A stretch of DNA of 36,606 nucleotides from Bdellovibrio sp. ZAP7 (GTDB lineage: Bacteria > Bdellovibrionota > UBA1018). Below, one piece after another: positions 23,546-33,043 of this stretch; the stretch's first letter is position 1; the number at the start of each line of letters is the position of its first letter. The position numbers were made by a program, and so were the translations under genes. The DNA is taken from contig CAMBEX010000002.1 in the NCBI GenBank assembly GCA_945865865.1, forward strand, positions 1 to 36,606. The letters run 5' to 3'. Below the pieces are notes generated by a model. The model was not told the origin of the DNA, did not search any database, and saw only the letters and a list, made by a program, of their open reading frames with translations.

Positions 23546-24970
23546 TTAATTGGCCTGGAGAGCCTTAAACACGTTGATACGTCCGCCCGTGACAGTCTTA
23601 CCTGCCAACGAAGGAACCTGATCTGCGGTGTTCATGAGCGTCTCTTTAACCTTCTTATAGTTCCATGTTGGATTCTTGGACCACAAGAGTGCCGCAGCAC
23701 CTGCAACGTGCGGACACGCCATCGAGGTACCCGACATAGAAGCAAAACCACCCCCGGGTGCGAGGCTGTATACGTTTACGCCTGGAGCTCCGACGTGCGT
23801 GGTCTTCTTTCCATAGTTCGAAAAGAAAGCCATTGCGTCTTTGTTATCAGTCGCCGCAACCGCAATGAGGTTGTCATTGTCGAACGCAGCAGGGTAGCTT
23901 GCCTGACTTGCATTGTCGTTATCTTTGCCGTCGTTACCAGCGGCAGCGATAAACAAGACATCCTTGGCCTTGGCGCGCTCAATCGAGTCATACAAGGCTT
24001 TGTTTCCGTCTTCACCTGGGCCGCCCCAGCTGTTGCTCAGAACTTTTGCACCATGCTCAACTGCGTAATCGATCGCCTTGATCGCATCAGCTGTGGTGCC
24101 GCTGCCTTCAGCTGACAGAAACTTTATACCCATGATGGACACTTGTTGATTGACGCCAGAAATGCCCTTGCCGTTTCCGCCGACCGCACCAATAGAACCC
24201 GAACAATGCGTTCCGTGACCTTGATCGTCGTAAGGGAGTCCATCGTTATGAACGAAGTCGAATCCTGCTACGTCGTTCTGAGTAGGGTTTGGATTGCGCC
24301 ACACGTTGAATGAAAGTTCTTCGTGGTTGTAATCAATACCGGTGTCGATCACCGCAACGACCATGCTCTTGCTACCGCGATGGGTCGCCCAAGCCTGAGT
24401 TGCGCCCACCTTTTCAATTCCGTACGCCTTAGCGAGATCAGGATCCGCGACAGGTGGAATGATCTCAGCGGGAGCAGGCTGAAGGTCAGGACGCGTCGTA
24501 GGAGGCTGAGGATTATCTCCGCCGCCACCACCGCCGCCGTCTTCACAGCCTGGAGGGAAAGGCAGTCCTGGAATCAAGCAGGGAAACTTCGCGTTTGGAT
24601 CGCAGCCAGGAATGTCGAAGCCAGGTATGCAGGGAATTCCTGCCGTGGCACGCATTTCCTGCGGCGAAATTCGAATAATGTAGTTGGGCTGAGCGTACTC
24701 AACCAGAGGGCTGCGCTCGAGCTCTGCAATTGCGTCTTCGACCTTGACGCTGTCAGAGAGCAAAATGCGCTCATACCCTTTCATGCTTCCCTTGTAATGC
24801 TTCACGCGCTCAGCGCCCGCAGCATCATAGAGAGCACTCATGACGGTGCGTGTTCTTAGCGCGCCGTCTTTGTACTTAACGATCACTTCGCCTGCTTTAT
24901 ATTCGGCAGCATTTGCGGCACTCGCCGTAAACGCAAAAGCCAACAGCAGTATCTTTGCTGAATAGTTCAT
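23546..24970 (-). CDS. Secreted subtilisin-like serine protease (peptidase S8) with an I9-type propeptide.
   Basis: The start is set at ATG 24970 (MNYSAKILLLAFAFTASAANA, a signal peptide, with GGGGGG upstream). The catalytic triad motifs are VIDTGID, HGTHCSG and GTSMACPHVAG. A Cys/Pro-rich segment and a G7 run separate the propeptide from the catalytic domain. Confidence 0.92.
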   Translation of the reverse strand: MNYSAKILLLAFAFTASAANAAEYKAGEVIVKYKDGALRTRTVMSALYDAAGAERVKHYKGSMKGYERILLSDSVKVEDAIAELERSPLVEYAQPNYIIRISPQEMRATAGIPCIPGFDIPGCDPNAKFPCLIPGLPFPPGCEDGGGGGGGDNPQPPTTRPDLQPAPAEIIPPVADPDLAKAYGIEKVGATQAWATHRGSKSMVVAVIDTGIDYNHEELSFNVWRNPNPTQNDVAGFDFVHNDGLPYDDQGHGTHCSGSIGAVGGNGKGISGVNQQVSIMGIKFLSAEGSGTTADAIKAIDYAVEHGAKVLSNSWGGPGEDGNKALYDSIERAKAKDVLFIAAAGNDGKDNDNASQASYPAAFDNDNLIAVAATDNKDAMAFFSNYGKKTTHVGAPGVNVYSLAPGGGFASMSGTSMACPHVAGAAALLWSKNPTWNYKKVKETLMNTADQVPSLAGKTVTGGRINVFKALQAN

Positions 24971-24999
24971 TGTTCCCCCCGGTACTTCTGGCTTTCCTT

Positions 25000-25015
25000 T
25001 GCTATTGCCAAGCCA
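25000..25015 (-). promoter_or_regulatory. Possible sigma-54-type -24/-12 element upstream of the S8 protease gene.
   Basis: The minus strand reads TGGCTTGGCAATAGCA. GG and GC are at consensus spacing, and the -12 region TAGCA compares with TTGCA. It lies about 30 nt upstream of the ATG. The match is weaker than the one at 22816. Confidence 0.3.
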
Positions 25016-25325
25016 CCACTTGCGCTCTAGATAGGTGCACCTGTTTTTGGTGCGACAAGCCAGTAAAATTCGTCCCTGTTCCGGCCAGTGTAAGCACGAT
25101 TTTCGGTTTTGCAAATTTGCGGCGGGTTTTTATTTTTTCAGTGGGGGCTTGTGTTTCATTGGTATTGAACTAGGCTCATGCGCCGACCTCCCAAGCGTCT
25201 CTAAGAATTCGAAAAAGCTTAAAATATCCCGCAAAAATGAGGTTTTCAAAAATCGTCCTGGGTTTTGTCAGTGCGCATCCAGGGCGCGGAGTCAGACAAT
25301 TGAGGCGGGACGGTTGGCCCATGCC

Positions 25326-25355
25326 AAAAAAAAAAGGCGGGGCCGAAGCCCCGCC
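25326..25355 (-). terminator. Rho-independent terminator downstream of ftsZ.
   Basis: On the minus strand it reads GGCGGGGC-TTCG-GCCCCGCC followed by T10. It lies 40 nt after the ftsZ stop. Confidence 0.85.
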
Positions 25356-25395
25356 TTCTAAATATCACTGCGCGTCAACGCCGGAACTGCGCGAT

Positions 25396-27066
25396 TTAGG
25401 TGTCGCGATCCTGCTGACGACGAATGTAAGTCGGGATGTCGTATTCGTCATCCGTGAGGTTGGTGATTCCTAGCTTCGTGGCAATTGCACGAGCGCGAGC
25501 AAGCTCGCCCCCTTCAGCGCCAGCTCCCATTGCAGAAGAGGAGTTTGCATTGGAGTCATTTCCGGAACTCGAGTTGCCTCCCGTCTGAGTGTTGCCACTC
25601 TGGGAAGTGTTCGAGTTCTGAATACCGTTCGTGCCGATATTCATCGAGCCGGTGTTTCCTGCCGTTGCGCCACTCGCCAACATTGCCGCATTGGGACGAG
25701 GGGGCGTATTCGATCCACCTGCGTTATTTCCAATGCCGATTCCGGTATTGCCGGTCTCACTAATGGCAATGCCGTTCGTGGTCGCATTATTGCCGTTGTT
25801 GATTCCACCGTTATTGGCGTTGTTGCCATTACTGTTGATGATCATGTTGGAGTTTACATTTCCGTTATTACCATTGGCTCCATTATTCATGGAGACTCCG
25901 GTGCTGATGGAACTGTTGCTGATTTCCGAACTGATCGCACTCAAGGCAGAACCCAGATTATTGAGTCCGTTGACAATCGCAGCGCTCACTTGAGGGCCAG
26001 CCTGAATTGGGTTTGAGTTTGAATTCAAACCATTCTGAATCGCATTGTTCGTGCTGGTATTCATCGTCGATGAAGCCGTCTGCGTTACGTTCATGCCGGT
26101 GTTCACAACGATCGGGCCGAGTCCGGTCGCGATAACCGTGACCTTGACTTGATCCTTGAGCGACTCGTCAATGACTGTTCCGAAGATGATTTCCGCATCT
26201 TCATGCGCAGCTTCCATGATGAGCGTCGTGGCTTCGTTGACCTCGTGAATCTTGAGGTTGGAACCGCCGGTGATGTTGATGATGATCCCGGTAGCGCCTT
26301 CGATCGAGATGTCTTCGAGGAGCGGGCTCGAAATAGCGCTCGTTGCGGCTTCAATGGCGCGGTGTTCGCCTTCGGCGTAACCGATACCCATGAGAGCCAG
26401 TCCCTTGTTTTGCATGATCGTCTTGACGTCAGCAAAGTCGCTATTAATGAGACCTGTGTGATTAATGAGATCAGAGATCCCCTGAACCGCATTGAGCAAC
26501 ACTTCGTCAGCCCGCTTGAACGCATCCACCATCGAAAGCGTCGATCCGGAGATCGCAAGCAAACGTTGGTTCGGGATCATGATGAGCGAGTCGACGTTTT
26601 CACGCAACCATGCCATGCCCTGTTCGGCGTGGCGCATGCGCTTCTTGCCTTCGAACATGAAAGGTTTCGTTACGACACCGACCGTGAGCGCGCCGATTTC
26701 TTTTGCGATCTTGGCAAACACGGGAGCAGCGCCGGTTCCGGTTCCGCCACCCATTCCTGCGGTGATGAACACCATGTCAGCGCCCGCGAGAAGTTCAGAA
26801 ATTTTCGCGTAATCTTCGAGCGCGGCCTTGCGGCCCACTTCTGGGTTCGCGCCTGCGCCGAGACCCTTAGTCAACTCTTGTCCAATAGCTAGCTTGGTTG
26901 GAGCGAGTGACGCTTCAAGAGCCTGTCGATCCGTGTTGGCGGTGATGAACTCAACGCCTTCAAGACCCATCTTGATCATCGTGTTGACGGCATTACATCC
27001 GCTGCCACCCACGCCGATGACTTTAATTTTCGCACCCCTGGTCGCAATTTGATCAATTTCAAACAT
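25396..27066 (-). CDS. ftsZ: Cell division protein FtsZ with an unusually long Asn/Gly/Ser/Thr-rich C-terminal linker.
   Basis: The tubulin signature is [11 protein letters not shown], within [28 protein letters not shown]... A low-complexity linker of ~200 aa follows. The conserved C-terminal peptide is [14 protein letters not shown]. Confidence 0.97.
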   Translation of the reverse strand: MFEIDQIATRGAKIKVIGVGGSGCNAVNTMIKMGLEGVEFITANTDRQALEASLAPTKLAIGQELTKGLGAGANPEVGRKAALEDYAKISELLAGADMVFITAGMGGGTGTGAAPVFAKIAKEIGALTVGVVTKPFMFEGKKRMRHAEQGMAWLRENVDSLIMIPNQRLLAISGSTLSMVDAFKRADEVLLNAVQGISDLINHTGLINSDFADVKTIMQNKGLALMGIGYAEGEHRAIEAATSAISSPLLEDISIEGATGIIINITGGSNLKIHEVNEATTLIMEAAHEDAEIIFGTVIDESLKDQVKVTVIATGLGPIVVNTGMNVTQTASSTMNTSTNNAIQNGLNSNSNPIQAGPQVSAAIVNGLNNLGSALSAISSEISNSSISTGVSMNNGANGNNGNVNSNMIINSNGNNANNGGINNGNNATTNGIAISETGNTGIGIGNNAGGSNTPPRPNAAMLASGATAGNTGSMNIGTNGIQNSNTSQSGNTQTGGNSSSGNDSNANSSSAMGAGAEGGELARARAIATKLGITNLTDDEYDIPTYIRRQQDRDT

Positions 27067-27285
27067 AAGAAAGAAGATCCTCTTCTTCTGGTTTTAACCC
27101 TCAGTGCCTGCGACCCGTCTCCGGAATCACTGACACCCCCCTTTTTACAGCCTGCAGAACCGATGAAAGCAGCTTTCGCAGAACCCTCATCGGCTGAGTT
27201 GAAGAAGACTTCTTGTCTCCCACCTAAGGCCTACAACTCAACACAACTTCGGGAGCCTTACTGGCTCCAGTTTAAATCTAAATTC

Positions 27286-28521
27286 TTAAAACAAATCCCT
27301 GATCCATGACCTCATGGATCCACGAACCTTGTCGTAAATGTTTTTCTCGCGAATCATAAAACGGCTCTTGGTCGTGTGGCGCGCGCCGTAGCGAACCAAT
27401 CCAACGCCGGTTGCGAACTTCGGTGAGTTCACAACATCACGCAGACCGCCCACTCCAATAGGCAAGCCACGCTTAACAGGCATTTCGAGAATGAACTCAG
27501 CGAGCTCCGGCATTCCTTCTAGAAGCGCCGAACCCCCCGTGATCACAACGCCACCCGAGAGCACGTCTTGATAACCCGATCCCGCGATTTCTCGCTGAAT
27601 CAGTGAGAAAATTTCTTCGACGCGAGGCTCGATAATTTCAGCGAGCAATCGGCGCGAAAGAACCCTTGGCTTGCGTCCACCCACTCCAGCCACTTCAATC
27701 GTCTCATCTGCTTTGACCAGTGAGGCGAGTCCGCAGCCATATTGAATTTTGATTTTCTCCGCTTCTGTTTGCGGAGTACGGAGTCCTACGGCGATGTCGT
27801 TGGTGATGTGATTTCCGCCAATCGCAAGGACACCCGTAAAAACAACGGCGCCATCTTTGAAAATAGCGATATCGCTCGTGCCACCGCCGATGTCGACGAG
27901 AACCACGCCCAGGTCCTTTTCGTCCTGCGAAAGCACCGCATCGCTGGATGCGATGGGTTCTAGGCAAATTTCGGCGACATTCAAGCCCGCTTTATTGGCG
28001 CACTTAATGATGTTCTGGGCAGAAGAAACCGCTCCAGTCACAATATGAACTTTAGCTTCGAGACGGGTTCCGTTCATTCCGATGGGATCACGGATTCCGT
28101 CCTGCTCGTCGATGACGTATTCCTGAGGAATGATGTGAATCACTTCGCGATCCAGCGGAATGGCGACGGCTTTTGCCGCATCGATCACACGCTGAACGTC
28201 GTTTTCGTTAATTTCTTTATCTTTAACCGCGACAATTCCGTTGGAATTGAACGACTTGATATGTCCGCCGGCGATTCCGGTATAGACGGTCGTGATCTCG
28301 ACGCCCGCCATGAGCTCGGCTTCTTCGATCGCCTTTGAGATGCTTTCGACGGTCGCGTCAATATTGATGACCACACCTTTTCGTAATCCAGTGGAGGGCG
28401 CGGTCCCGATGCCTACGATGTCAATAATGGGATTAGGCCCACTTTCCGCCACCTCGCCGACAATGCAGCAAATCTTGGTGGTTCCGATATCCAGGCCAAC
28501 GACAAAGTCTTTTTTGGACAT
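27286..28521 (-). CDS. ftsA: Cell division protein FtsA.
   Basis: MSKKDFVVGLDIGTTKICCIVGE... shows the actin-like ATPase motifs. I preferred the start at ATG 28521 (GGGAGGG 9 nt upstream) over 28539. Confidence 0.95.
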   Translation of the reverse strand: MSKKDFVVGLDIGTTKICCIVGEVAESGPNPIIDIVGIGTAPSTGLRKGVVINIDATVESISKAIEEAELMAGVEITTVYTGIAGGHIKSFNSNGIVAVKDKEINENDVQRVIDAAKAVAIPLDREVIHIIPQEYVIDEQDGIRDPIGMNGTRLEAKVHIVTGAVSSAQNIIKCANKAGLNVAEICLEPIASSDAVLSQDEKDLGVVLVDIGGGTSDIAIFKDGAVVFTGVLAIGGNHITNDIAVGLRTPQTEAEKIKIQYGCGLASLVKADETIEVAGVGGRKPRVLSRRLLAEIIEPRVEEIFSLIQREIAGSGYQDVLSGGVVITGGSALLEGMPELAEFILEMPVKRGLPIGVGGLRDVVNSPKFATGVGLVRYGARHTTKSRFMIREKNIYDKVRGSMRSWIRDLF

Positions 28522-28672
28522 TCCGAGAATCCCTCCCATGGGACTCTGAAAGCGCAGGTACCGCCGCTCTCCAGTGTCTTTTTAAAACCCACTCAACGAA
28601 GCCTCTTGCGACGTCAATTTGGGGTAGGCAAAAACGGCCATTTCGGACCGACAATCGCCTGTCTAAGGGATT

Positions 28673-29467
28673 CTAAGAACCGCGAGCGGTTTTGACAACT
28701 ATTTTTTTGCTCGCCTCAGCATAGATTTGACGAGCCGGTACTGGATGCCGTGCGAGGTAGTCGAATACTTTCTTGAGGCGCTCGAACTGCGCATCTCCCT
28801 CATCGTCAATTCGTTGACCCAAGTGAACGACAGCCCGGGCTGTCTTCGTGACGTCACCACCGCCGGCCCGATAAGGGTACGTCACCCATGCCCGAAAGCC
28901 CTCCTCAGGACTCCAAGACAGCGAGGAAATTTGCGAAACTGCCACTAGATCCGGTTTGGCAAAGTAATCGAGAATCCGAAGGGCGTCAGCAACCGTCGCT
29001 GATTCGGAATCGGAAGATTCCGCACGCTCCGAAATTCCGAACAGAACCGGAAGATCGGGCTGCGCTTTCAAGCTCACCTCTCCAAATACTTCGCCGCCTG
29101 AATCGACATAACGCAATTTTCCACCGCGCCCCTGAATCAACGCTCTGGGCTGTCGATAGTTCAGCGAAATCGCAAGAGTCTGGGGAAATCGTTTGGTCAG
29201 TCGCGCTTCGGCCACCCACGGGTTTTGCAACAGGCGCTTTTCAATCAGTGGCAAATTGAGATCAACCAAGCTCAGGTTGCCCACCGGGACTGACGCCAAC
29301 TGCACAACTTCCTGCGCATCCAGCGGCGCGTCTTCCGGCTGATCGTTCACTTCCACAACCTGAATCCAGAAAAGTGGAGAATGAAGTGCGCCATAAACGC
29401 CGTACGCCGCCAGGAAAAGCGTGATGATCGAAAACACGAGCGTCAATGTCTTGCGAGCGCCTAACAT
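28673..29467 (-). CDS. ftsQ: Cell division protein FtsQ/DivIB.
   Basis: The product has an N-terminal TM helix (LTLVFSIITLFLAAYGVYGAL) and a POTRA-like region (IQVVEVNDQ...IEKRLLQNPWVAEARLTKRFPQTLAISL). It sits immediately upstream of ftsA. Confidence 0.85.
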   Translation of the reverse strand: MLGARKTLTLVFSIITLFLAAYGVYGALHSPLFWIQVVEVNDQPEDAPLDAQEVVQLASVPVGNLSLVDLNLPLIEKRLLQNPWVAEARLTKRFPQTLAISLNYRQPRALIQGRGGKLRYVDSGGEVFGEVSLKAQPDLPVLFGISERAESSDSESATVADALRILDYFAKPDLVAVSQISSLSWSPEEGFRAWVTYPYRAGGGDVTKTARAVVHLGQRIDDEGDAQFERLKKVFDYLARHPVPARQIYAEASKKIVVKTARGS

Positions 29468-29529
29468 ATAAAATGAGTCTAACTGAATTTACTGTGGATG
29501 GAAGGCCTCAGGATTGAGAGACTTGAAAA

Positions 29530-30924
29530 ATGCGTTCAAACTCAAAAAACTTTTACAAGTTCATCACGATCGCACTCACCCTAAGTGGGACGATCTCCGG
29601 CTGCGCCTCGGTAGCGCAGGCTCCTACCGTCAGCAGCAGCGCCGCCAACAAATCGACGCTTGCGCTCATCGGCTCCTACCGCGTGGAACGTTTTGAGCTT
29701 AAAAACGGACTTAAGTTGCGAGTCATCGAGGATCACTCATCTCCTACGTTTGCTTATCAAACCTGGTTTAAGGTGGGCTCTCGTGACGAAGAGCCGGGGC
29801 GCACGGGCCTTGCGCATCTTTTTGAACATATGATGTTCAAGGAAACCAAGAATCTCAAAGACGGTGAATTTGACAAGCTCCTCGAAACCGCGGGCGCCGA
29901 GGGAGAGAATGCGTTCACCACTCAGGACAACACGACCTATGTTCAGGAGCTTCCCAAAGAAAGACTTGATTTGATTACGCGGCTTGAGGCTGAGCGAATG
30001 GTAAACCTCGTGGTCAACGAACAGGCCTTTTCAACTGAACGTGAGGTCGTACACAACGAACGCAGGATGCGAAATGAAAACAGCCCTGACGGACTCATGT
30101 ACCAGGAACTCATGGCGACTGCATTCGTAAAGCATCCCTATCACTGGCCCGTCATCGGATATGAGGAAGACCTCAACCGACTTACGGCAGAAGATGCTTT
30201 GAAGTTTTACAGAGCGCACTACTCACCCAACCACGCGACAATCGTGGTCGCAGGAGATGTCAACGCTCAGGAAGTACTGGCTCTTGTCGAAAAGTACTAC
30301 GGAGCAATTACCGCACAACCCTCACAGCGAAAAACTTTTGAACCCGACGCTCCACCCTCCTCGCCCAGACGCAAGACGCTTCGACTCAATATTCAGGTCG
30401 AAAAGCTGCTCATGGGGTACCCCATTCCAGAGGTCATCCATCCCGACATGGCCGCGCTCGACCTGATTCAGTCGGTACTGAGCGGCGGAAAAAGCAGCCG
30501 ACTCAACCGCGTGCTCGTCGAGACGGGGATCGCGTCCGCGGCCTACGCCTACAGTCGCGACGCCAAGGACCCTTCTCTCTACATTTTCGGAGCGCAAATG
30601 CAGAAAAACAAAAAAGCCTCCATGGCCGAAAGCCTGATCGTCAAGGAACTCGAACGACTCACCCGCGAGCTCGTCCCAGAGGCGGAACTCACTCGCGCTA
30701 AAAACATCCTGAACTTTGAATTTTACACTTCATTTGAAAGCAACTCAGAACGCGCGCAATTTGTCGGGCGATCTGAGGTCTTGGCAGACTCCGTGGAACA
30801 CGGATTGGATCGGCAGAAAAAAATTCAAATGGTAACCCCAGAGGAAGTCCTTAAGGTTGCTCAAAAATACTTTTCTCCGAAAAACAGAACCGTCATCAGC
30901 GGATTAAAAAAGGAGGCACTGTGA
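29530..30924 (+). CDS. M16-family zinc metallopeptidase (active subunit, lipoprotein-type signal).
   Basis: The HxxEH motif is HLFEHMMF, with a downstream E in ENAFTTQDNTTY. The N-terminal lipobox-like sequence is LTLSGTISGC. Confidence 0.9.
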   Translation: MRSNSKNFYKFITIALTLSGTISGCASVAQAPTVSSSAANKSTLALIGSYRVERFELKNGLKLRVIEDHSSPTFAYQTWFKVGSRDEEPGRTGLAHLFEHMMFKETKNLKDGEFDKLLETAGAEGENAFTTQDNTTYVQELPKERLDLITRLEAERMVNLVVNEQAFSTEREVVHNERRMRNENSPDGLMYQELMATAFVKHPYHWPVIGYEEDLNRLTAEDALKFYRAHYSPNHATIVVAGDVNAQEVLALVEKYYGAITAQPSQRKTFEPDAPPSSPRRKTLRLNIQVEKLLMGYPIPEVIHPDMAALDLIQSVLSGGKSSRLNRVLVETGIASAAYAYSRDAKDPSLYIFGAQMQKNKKASMAESLIVKELERLTRELVPEAELTRAKNILNFEFYTSFESNSERAQFVGRSEVLADSVEHGLDRQKKIQMVTPEEVLKVAQKYFSPKNRTVISGLKKEAL

Positions 30925-32258
30925 AACCTCGTATCGCCATCTTATGCTCTCTTTTTTTCGCGAATTCTGCGCCGGCGTTGGACGTTTTTTTGGAGAATGA
31001 CGGTAGTGTCCCTATCGTTTACGTGAACGTCGCCGTAAAAGCGGGGGCAGTTACCGATCCAGAGGGTCAGTCTGGATTGACCAACTTCATGGGGGAGATG
31101 CTTCTCCGCGGATCACAACTCCGCAACAAGGAGAAGCTCGACCTCGAACTTGACCAGATGGGAGCGCAACTCGAGGTCGAGACGCGCTCCGAATCCATGA
31201 TCGTTCGTGGCGCGGTTTTGAGCGCCGAACTCAATCATTTTCTACGACTCCTGCATGAGGTTTTAACTCGGCCTAGCTTTCCGGAAATTGAGATCAAGAA
31301 GCTCAAATCCGAGATGATCTCAGCCCTTTTGCAAGAGCAGGGCAACGATCATGCGATCAGTCAGCGGCATTTCACTGAGTTTCTTTTTATGGGCCATCCC
31401 TACGGAAAACCGATTGTCGGCAAAATTCGGGACATTGAGCAGTTGGATCGCCGAAAAATTACGCGCCACTACGACAAGCTCATTCGTGAGCAAAACATGG
31501 TGCTCGTAGCCTCAGGCGACACCGACAAAGGTACGTTAGAGTCCTGGGCCTCGAAACTCGGCAAGGATCGGGCAGGAGGTGAAACCATTGCGATTGTGCC
31601 AGCGCCTGTGAACGCCCCTCAAAAACGACTTCAAATCATCGACAAGCCGGAACGTACGCAGACTCAGGTTCAAATCGGTCAGGTCGGCGCACTGATGACC
31701 GATCCAAATTATTTTCCACTCTACCTGGGCAACGCCGCTTTCGGTGGAGGATCGTTTTCTTCGCGTATGATGGTTGAGATCCGAGTTAAGCGCGGATGGA
31801 GTTACGGAGCGGGTAGCGCATTTAGGTACGGTCTCAAGCCTCGCTCCTGGCAGGCGCATTTTTCACCCGCCTCCAAGGATTCGTCGCAGGCACTCGGTTT
31901 TGCGTTGGAGCTCATAGAGAGCCTCCGAGACAAGGGCGTCACTCAAGAGGAGTTTGACCTAGCTAAAGAGAGCGCCATCAATGGTGCGGGCTTTATGTTC
32001 AACACACCCAAGAAGCGTGTCGAAAATACTCTTCTCGAAAAAACACTGCGGCTACCCGATGGACTCATGAAGACTTACGCGGCAGAACTGGCCAAGGTAA
32101 GCCTTTCGCAAACAAATTTGGCGCTCAAAAAGTTCTTGCACCCGGACCGACTCGCCATCTCAGTACTGGCAACAGCCAAGGACTTAAAGGATCCACTGCT
32201 CCAAGCGGCGAAAACACCTCCGAGTGAGCTTGTTGTAAAAAGTTACACTCAAGATTGA
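30921..32258 (+). CDS. M16-family peptidase-like protein lacking HxxEH (probable non-catalytic partner).
   Basis: The fold-typical regions are colinear with the upstream gene, but the zinc motif is degenerate (GLTNFMGEMLL). The GTG start has GGAGG upstream and overlaps the upstream stop (GTGA). Confidence 0.88.
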   Translation: MKPRIAILCSLFFANSAPALDVFLENDGSVPIVYVNVAVKAGAVTDPEGQSGLTNFMGEMLLRGSQLRNKEKLDLELDQMGAQLEVETRSESMIVRGAVLSAELNHFLRLLHEVLTRPSFPEIEIKKLKSEMISALLQEQGNDHAISQRHFTEFLFMGHPYGKPIVGKIRDIEQLDRRKITRHYDKLIREQNMVLVASGDTDKGTLESWASKLGKDRAGGETIAIVPAPVNAPQKRLQIIDKPERTQTQVQIGQVGALMTDPNYFPLYLGNAAFGGGSFSSRMMVEIRVKRGWSYGAGSAFRYGLKPRSWQAHFSPASKDSSQALGFALELIESLRDKGVTQEEFDLAKESAINGAGFMFNTPKKRVENTLLEKTLRLPDGLMKTYAAELAKVSLSQTNLALKKFLHPDRLAISVLATAKDLKDPLLQAAKTPPSELVVKSYTQD

Positions 32259-33043
32259 CGGGGCTTGGCCCCGGCGTTGAGGCGTCTCATGCGGTTAGCG
32301 ACCCGAACTAATCCTGGGACTACGGATCGCGGCAGAAATTTTGCCAGGAGCGCCAAGAGTTGGTTCAAAAATCCAGGAATGCACAGCGATTTTTCAGCCT
32401 GAAAAGCGTGAACTGCCGTTCGAGCCACTCTCTCGGGCGACATTCCACTCGGCTTTTTTGAATACACACCCATTCGGGTGCGAAACTCAGTGTTAACCGT
32501 ACCAGGACAAACTGCCGTCACAGTGAGGCCACTCCACTTGAGCTCATCCGAAAGCGCCTCGGAAAATGAAAGCATGAAACCCTTAGTGGCTGCGTAGACC
32601 GCCTGCTGCGGCGCTGGTAAAAATGAATAAAGAGAACAGATATTGATGATTCCCCCCGCGCCTCGACCAATCATTTCGGGCAGCACGAGTTTAGAAAGTC
32701 CCAGCATCGCCGTGATATGGGTATTTACCATTTCGATCTCGCGGTCGAGATCGGTAAACGCAAAATCCCCGTGCACGCCGAATCCCGCATTATTGACCAG
32801 TACATTGATCGGCTTTCTAAGCGATCGGATCCAGTGACCCACACGCAGGGTTGAATCCGGTGCGCCCACATCCTGAGGAAAAATCTCCACCTCGACTCCA
32901 AAGCGTTCGCGACACTCAGTGGCCACCGCTTGTAAACGCGGCAGATCGCGAGCCACCAGCAAAAGACCGTATCCGCTTCGCGCAAACTCTACAGCAAGAG
33001 CTCGACCGATTCCGCTGGACGCTCCGGTGATCAGTGCGTTCAC
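32249..33043 (-). CDS. Classical short-chain dehydrogenase/reductase, substrate unknown, coupled to murB.
   Basis: The SDR motifs are TGASSGIGRA, NNAG and a YAATK catalytic pair. The GTG start overlaps the murB stop (GTGA at 33040-33043). The 3' end overlaps the convergent M16 gene by 10 bp. Confidence 0.9.
   Translation of the reverse strand: MNALITGASSGIGRALAVEFARSGYGLLLVARDLPRLQAVATECRERFGVEVEIFPQDVGAPDSTLRVGHWIRSLRKPINVLVNNAGFGVHGDFAFTDLDREIEMVNTHITAMLGLSKLVLPEMIGRGAGGIINICSLYSFLPAPQQAVYAATKGFMLSFSEALSDELKWSGLTVTAVCPGTVNTEFRTRMGVYSKKPSGMSPERVARTAVHAFQAEKSLCIPGFLNQLLALLAKFLPRSVVPGLVRVANRMRRLNAGAKPRQS

Noticed and set aside
25500-26100. The Asn/Gly-rich ftsZ tract as a DNA tandem repeat, minisatellite or CRISPR-like array.
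   Set aside because: No exact repeat unit or regular spacing is visible. It is codon-level low complexity within an intact reading frame that ends in the conserved FtsZ C-terminal peptide.
26149-26892. Long ORFs antisense to or overlapping confident genes. Examples: 26149..26892 (+) inside ftsZ, 3183..3866 (-) across the TA genes, 2153..2698 (-), 19166..19708 (-), 24323..24859 (+), 34260..34811 (+), and the plus-strand ORFs at 121-881 inside the epimerase gene.
   Set aside because: These are shadow ORFs opposite well-supported genes. Their compositions are Arg/Ser/Pro-biased and nonsense-like, and they contain no recognisable motifs.
27049-27309. An 86-codon plus-strand ORF filling the ftsA-ftsZ spacer, with a lipoprotein-like N-terminus ([10 protein letters not shown]).
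   Set aside because: Its TTG start lies inside ftsZ and has no Shine-Dalgarno sequence. The ORF overlaps both neighbours and is antisense to the ftsZ leader and promoter region. An ORF of this length is expected by chance in this window.
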